A DNA stretch of 64,000 bases, from the sequence record ON529857.1, one strand, 5' to 3'. A program made the translations under genes and the position numbers. Below, piece by piece: positions 61,993-64,000 of the stretch; the first letter of the stretch is position 1; every line of letters begins with the position of its first letter. The notes beneath the pieces are model-generated. The model saw only the letters and a list, made by a program, of their open reading frames with translations, had not been told where the DNA came from and ran no database searches.

Positions 61993-62474
61993 GACGGCGC
62001 CTCGGCGAACTCGACGTCGACCACCACCTCGACGCCCTGATGGGTCAGGGTGCGCAGCACGTCCGACAGCCGCACCTGGTTCTCCTCCAGACCGTCGCGG
62101 TTGAGCGGCGGGGGCGCGTCTTCGTCGTCGCCGTCGCCGTCGTCCGCTTCTTCCGGGGTCAGGCTTTCGACGCCCATGCCGCAGTCGGACACCGCCAGCA
62201 GGTCTTCCGGCACGATGGTCTCCACCTCGTCCGGCTCGCGGCTTTCGTGCGGCAGGTGAAAGCCCATCTTGACCTTGATCGGCACGCGGACCCGCACCAG
62301 CATCTGCCCGCGCGAGTCCAGAACGCCGGTCGGCGTCATGATCGGTTCGCGCGGGTCGTCGACCAGGTGATCGGCGGTCCACGAAATGCTGCCGTCTTCA
62401 CCCGGAATGGGTCCGGAACGCGGCCGGCTGCGCCAGGCGGTCAGTCGGCGCAGGGCGGCTTGGACTTGGGTCAC
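61989..62474 (-). CDS. hypothetical acidic protein
   Basis: 161 aa, coupled overlaps. Confidence 0.65.
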   Translation of the reverse strand: MTQVQAALRRLTAWRSRPRSGPIPGEDGSISWTADHLVDDPREPIMTPTGVLDSRGQMLVRVRVPIKVKMGFHLPHESREPDEVETIVPEDLLAVSDCGMGVESLTPEEADDGDGDDEDAPPPLNRDGLEENQVRLSDVLRTLTHQGVEVVVDVEFAEAPS

Positions 62475-62980
62475 TCAGGGAACTCCACCAAGGTCAGGGG
62501 TTTGGTCGGCGGCGTGCGCAGCAGCATGACCACGCCGTAGAGGCACAGGAGCGCCGCCTCGGCGCGGCCGTCGTCCTTGACGCGGGCGAACAGCTTCAGC
62601 GCGCAAGGGAACATCTCCATGGCGCGGCGACGCGCCTCGTTCTTGTCCTTGGGCGTCTTGGTGGCGGTCTTCCACTCCTGCGGCCGCACCTTGGTCAGCA
62701 TCGAACGCGCCGCTGCGGCGCCTTCCAGGATGCCGAGCGCCCGGCCGAAGTTGAACGCCGAGGTCACGCCCATCTGCGGCGACGACCACACGTCCTCGAT
62801 CACGACATAGTCAGGATCGGCGGCGATGATCGCCTGCCCGACGCCGCCCGGCGACACGGCCTCCTTGCCGCTGCGGCCCGGCTCGCGCGGCATGTCGGTG
62901 ATCGCCAGCGTCCAGGTTTCAGTGTCGATCAGCGCCAGAGCGCCGTTCTTGCCGGGGTCGATGCCCAGGATGCGGCTCAT
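62471..62980 (-). CDS. RuvC-like Holliday junction resolvase
   Basis: ILGIDPG, VVIEDV, FNFG, DGRAEAALL. Confidence 0.85.
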   Translation of the reverse strand: MSRILGIDPGKNGALALIDTETWTLAITDMPREPGRSGKEAVSPGGVGQAIIAADPDYVVIEDVWSSPQMGVTSAFNFGRALGILEGAAAARSMLTKVRPQEWKTATKTPKDKNEARRRAMEMFPCALKLFARVKDDGRAEAALLCLYGVVMLLRTPPTKPLTLVEFPE

Positions 62981-63144
62981 GACGACACCGCCTCGGCGTC
63001 CAGCAGGGTCAAGGCGTAATCCAGCGCGGCGCGCTCCACCTCGTTCATGCAGGTCGACGCCAGGCGATCACGCCACAGGCCCAGAACGACGGCGCAGGCG
63101 TAACTCGCCTCGGCCTGCTCACAAGGCGGGAAAGGTTCGCGCAT
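62977..63144 (-). CDS. small hypothetical protein (not in ORF track)
   Basis: MREPFPPC..., 55 aa, overlaps at both ends. Confidence 0.55.
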   Translation of the reverse strand: MREPFPPCEQAEASYACAVVLGLWRDRLASTCMNEVERAALDYALTLLDAEAVSS

Positions 63145-63353
63145 CAGAATTCCGGCCCGTAGCGCAGCGTCAAGCGATCCATCTCGTCGCCGTCATGGGC
63201 GCGTTGCTGCACCCGCAGCATGTTGACCTCGAAACGCAGGCGCTGGTTCTCCGCCAGCAGATCGGTCAGGGCGACGGACAGTTGCTGGCTCTGCGGATCG
63301 CCGGCGCGGGCCAGGTCGAGCGCCAGGTCTTGAAGGGTGGTCGGTTCGGACAT
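63144..63353 (-). CDS. small coiled-coil protein
   Basis: MSEPTTL start, TGATG overlaps. Confidence 0.6.
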   Translation of the reverse strand: MSEPTTLQDLALDLARAGDPQSQQLSVALTDLLAENQRLRFEVNMLRVQQRAHDGDEMDRLTLRYGPEF

Positions 63354-63517
63354 CACAGGGTCTCTTCGGCGCGGCGGCGCGCGGCGGCATGGGTCATCCA
63401 CGCCAGGGACAGGTCGTCGGCGTCGTTCCAGCGGTCGAAGGCCGGCGTCAGCAGCATGACCGGCGGCTCCGGCATCAACGGGATTTTCGGCGTAGCCGGG
63501 CGCGGGGGATTAGGCAT
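63353..63517 (-). CDS. small Pro-rich protein (not in ORF track)
   Basis: MPNPPRP...AEETL, 54 aa. Confidence 0.45.
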   Translation of the reverse strand: MPNPPRPATPKIPLMPEPPVMLLTPAFDRWNDADDLSLAWMTHAAARRRAEETL

Positions 63518-63998
63518 CCAGGATCGCCTTACGTTGTCGCGGGACGCGCCCCGTCGGGGCCTTGCCGGTGGTCAGATTGGTGATGACCTGCTCGGCCAGG
63601 ACGCGGCGCGGATCGCCCGCCTTCAGCAACCCTTCGACCGGCTGCACCACACCGGCGGCGAGCGAGCGATCCACCGCCACCACCTCGCCCATGCGCTTGC
63701 GCCCGGCGCCGTCGATCCATTCGATCTGTTCGCGGTCCTTGGCGGGGAAGCGGTAGCCGGTGCGCATCACCCATTCGCTCGTGACCTGGCGCAGGGCGAA
63801 GTCGAGGTGATGGGTGATGTCGCGCAGGATCAGGCACAGACCCATGTCGGCGGGCCAGGAGTTCTCGTTCTTCAGGTGACAGGCGGCGCGAAAGCCGTCC
63901 GCCCCGCTACGCCGCACCGCCGCGATCACGCCGGCGCAAATCTCATGCGGCTCCAGCGCCGGCACACGCGGGCGAAGCCAGTCCAGCAGAGCGGGGAT
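63510..63998 (-). CDS. hypothetical protein, partial (continues beyond window end)
   Basis: Frame open from the edge; WVMRTGYRFPAK motif. Confidence 0.6.
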   Translation of the reverse strand: MPALLDWLRPRVPALEPHEICAGVIAAVRRSGADGFRAACHLKNENSWPADMGLCLILRDITHHLDFALRQVTSEWVMRTGYRFPAKDREQIEWIDGAGRKRMGEVVAVDRSLAAGVVQPVEGLLKAGDPRRVLAEQVITNLTTGKAPTGRVPRQRKAILDA

Positions 63999-64000
63999 GT

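Noticed and set aside
1-64000. Diversity-generating retroelement, retron or IS element
   Set aside because: No reverse transcriptase, transposase or template/variable repeat pair recognised.

Overview
A 64-kb segment of a GC-rich jumbo dsDNA phage of the phiCbK-like type (Caulobacteraceae host inferred from gene content and from CtrA/GANTC-type motifs). Essentially all genes are on the minus strand; long plus-strand ORFs are shadows. Reading the minus strand: RuvC-like resolvase, small terminase and intein-containing large terminase (64-58 kb); a ~33-kb early region (probably the long terminal repeat, ~57.7-24 kb) built from about 42 near-identical expression cassettes (TTAACCTTAA box, A/T tract, TTGACA-17-TAnnnn promoter, GGAGAC RBS, 1-4 small genes, GC hairpin terminator); then a trypsin-like protease, the portal, ~14 kb of small accessory genes, scaffold, major capsid protein and other head genes. 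Main items worth follow-up: (1) the cassette array itself and its signs of shuffling; (2) nine terminator/3'-UTR hairpins whose conserved loop UGUCUCC is the exact complement of the cassette RBS GGAGACA; (3) a ~600-nt heavily structured plus-strand RNA candidate at 1.16-1.76 kb; (4) a 36-aa ArfA-like ribosome-rescue protein missed by the ORF track; (5) a composite repeat architecture (CGTCAAGTC array, then GGGTCCCC array ~1.1 kb away) that occurs three times; (6) a Pro1/block-F-Cys intein lacking the rest of the class 3 signature; (7) an accessory protein carrying a copy of the scaffold C-terminal motif. All assignments are by eye; no database searches or folding programs were run.
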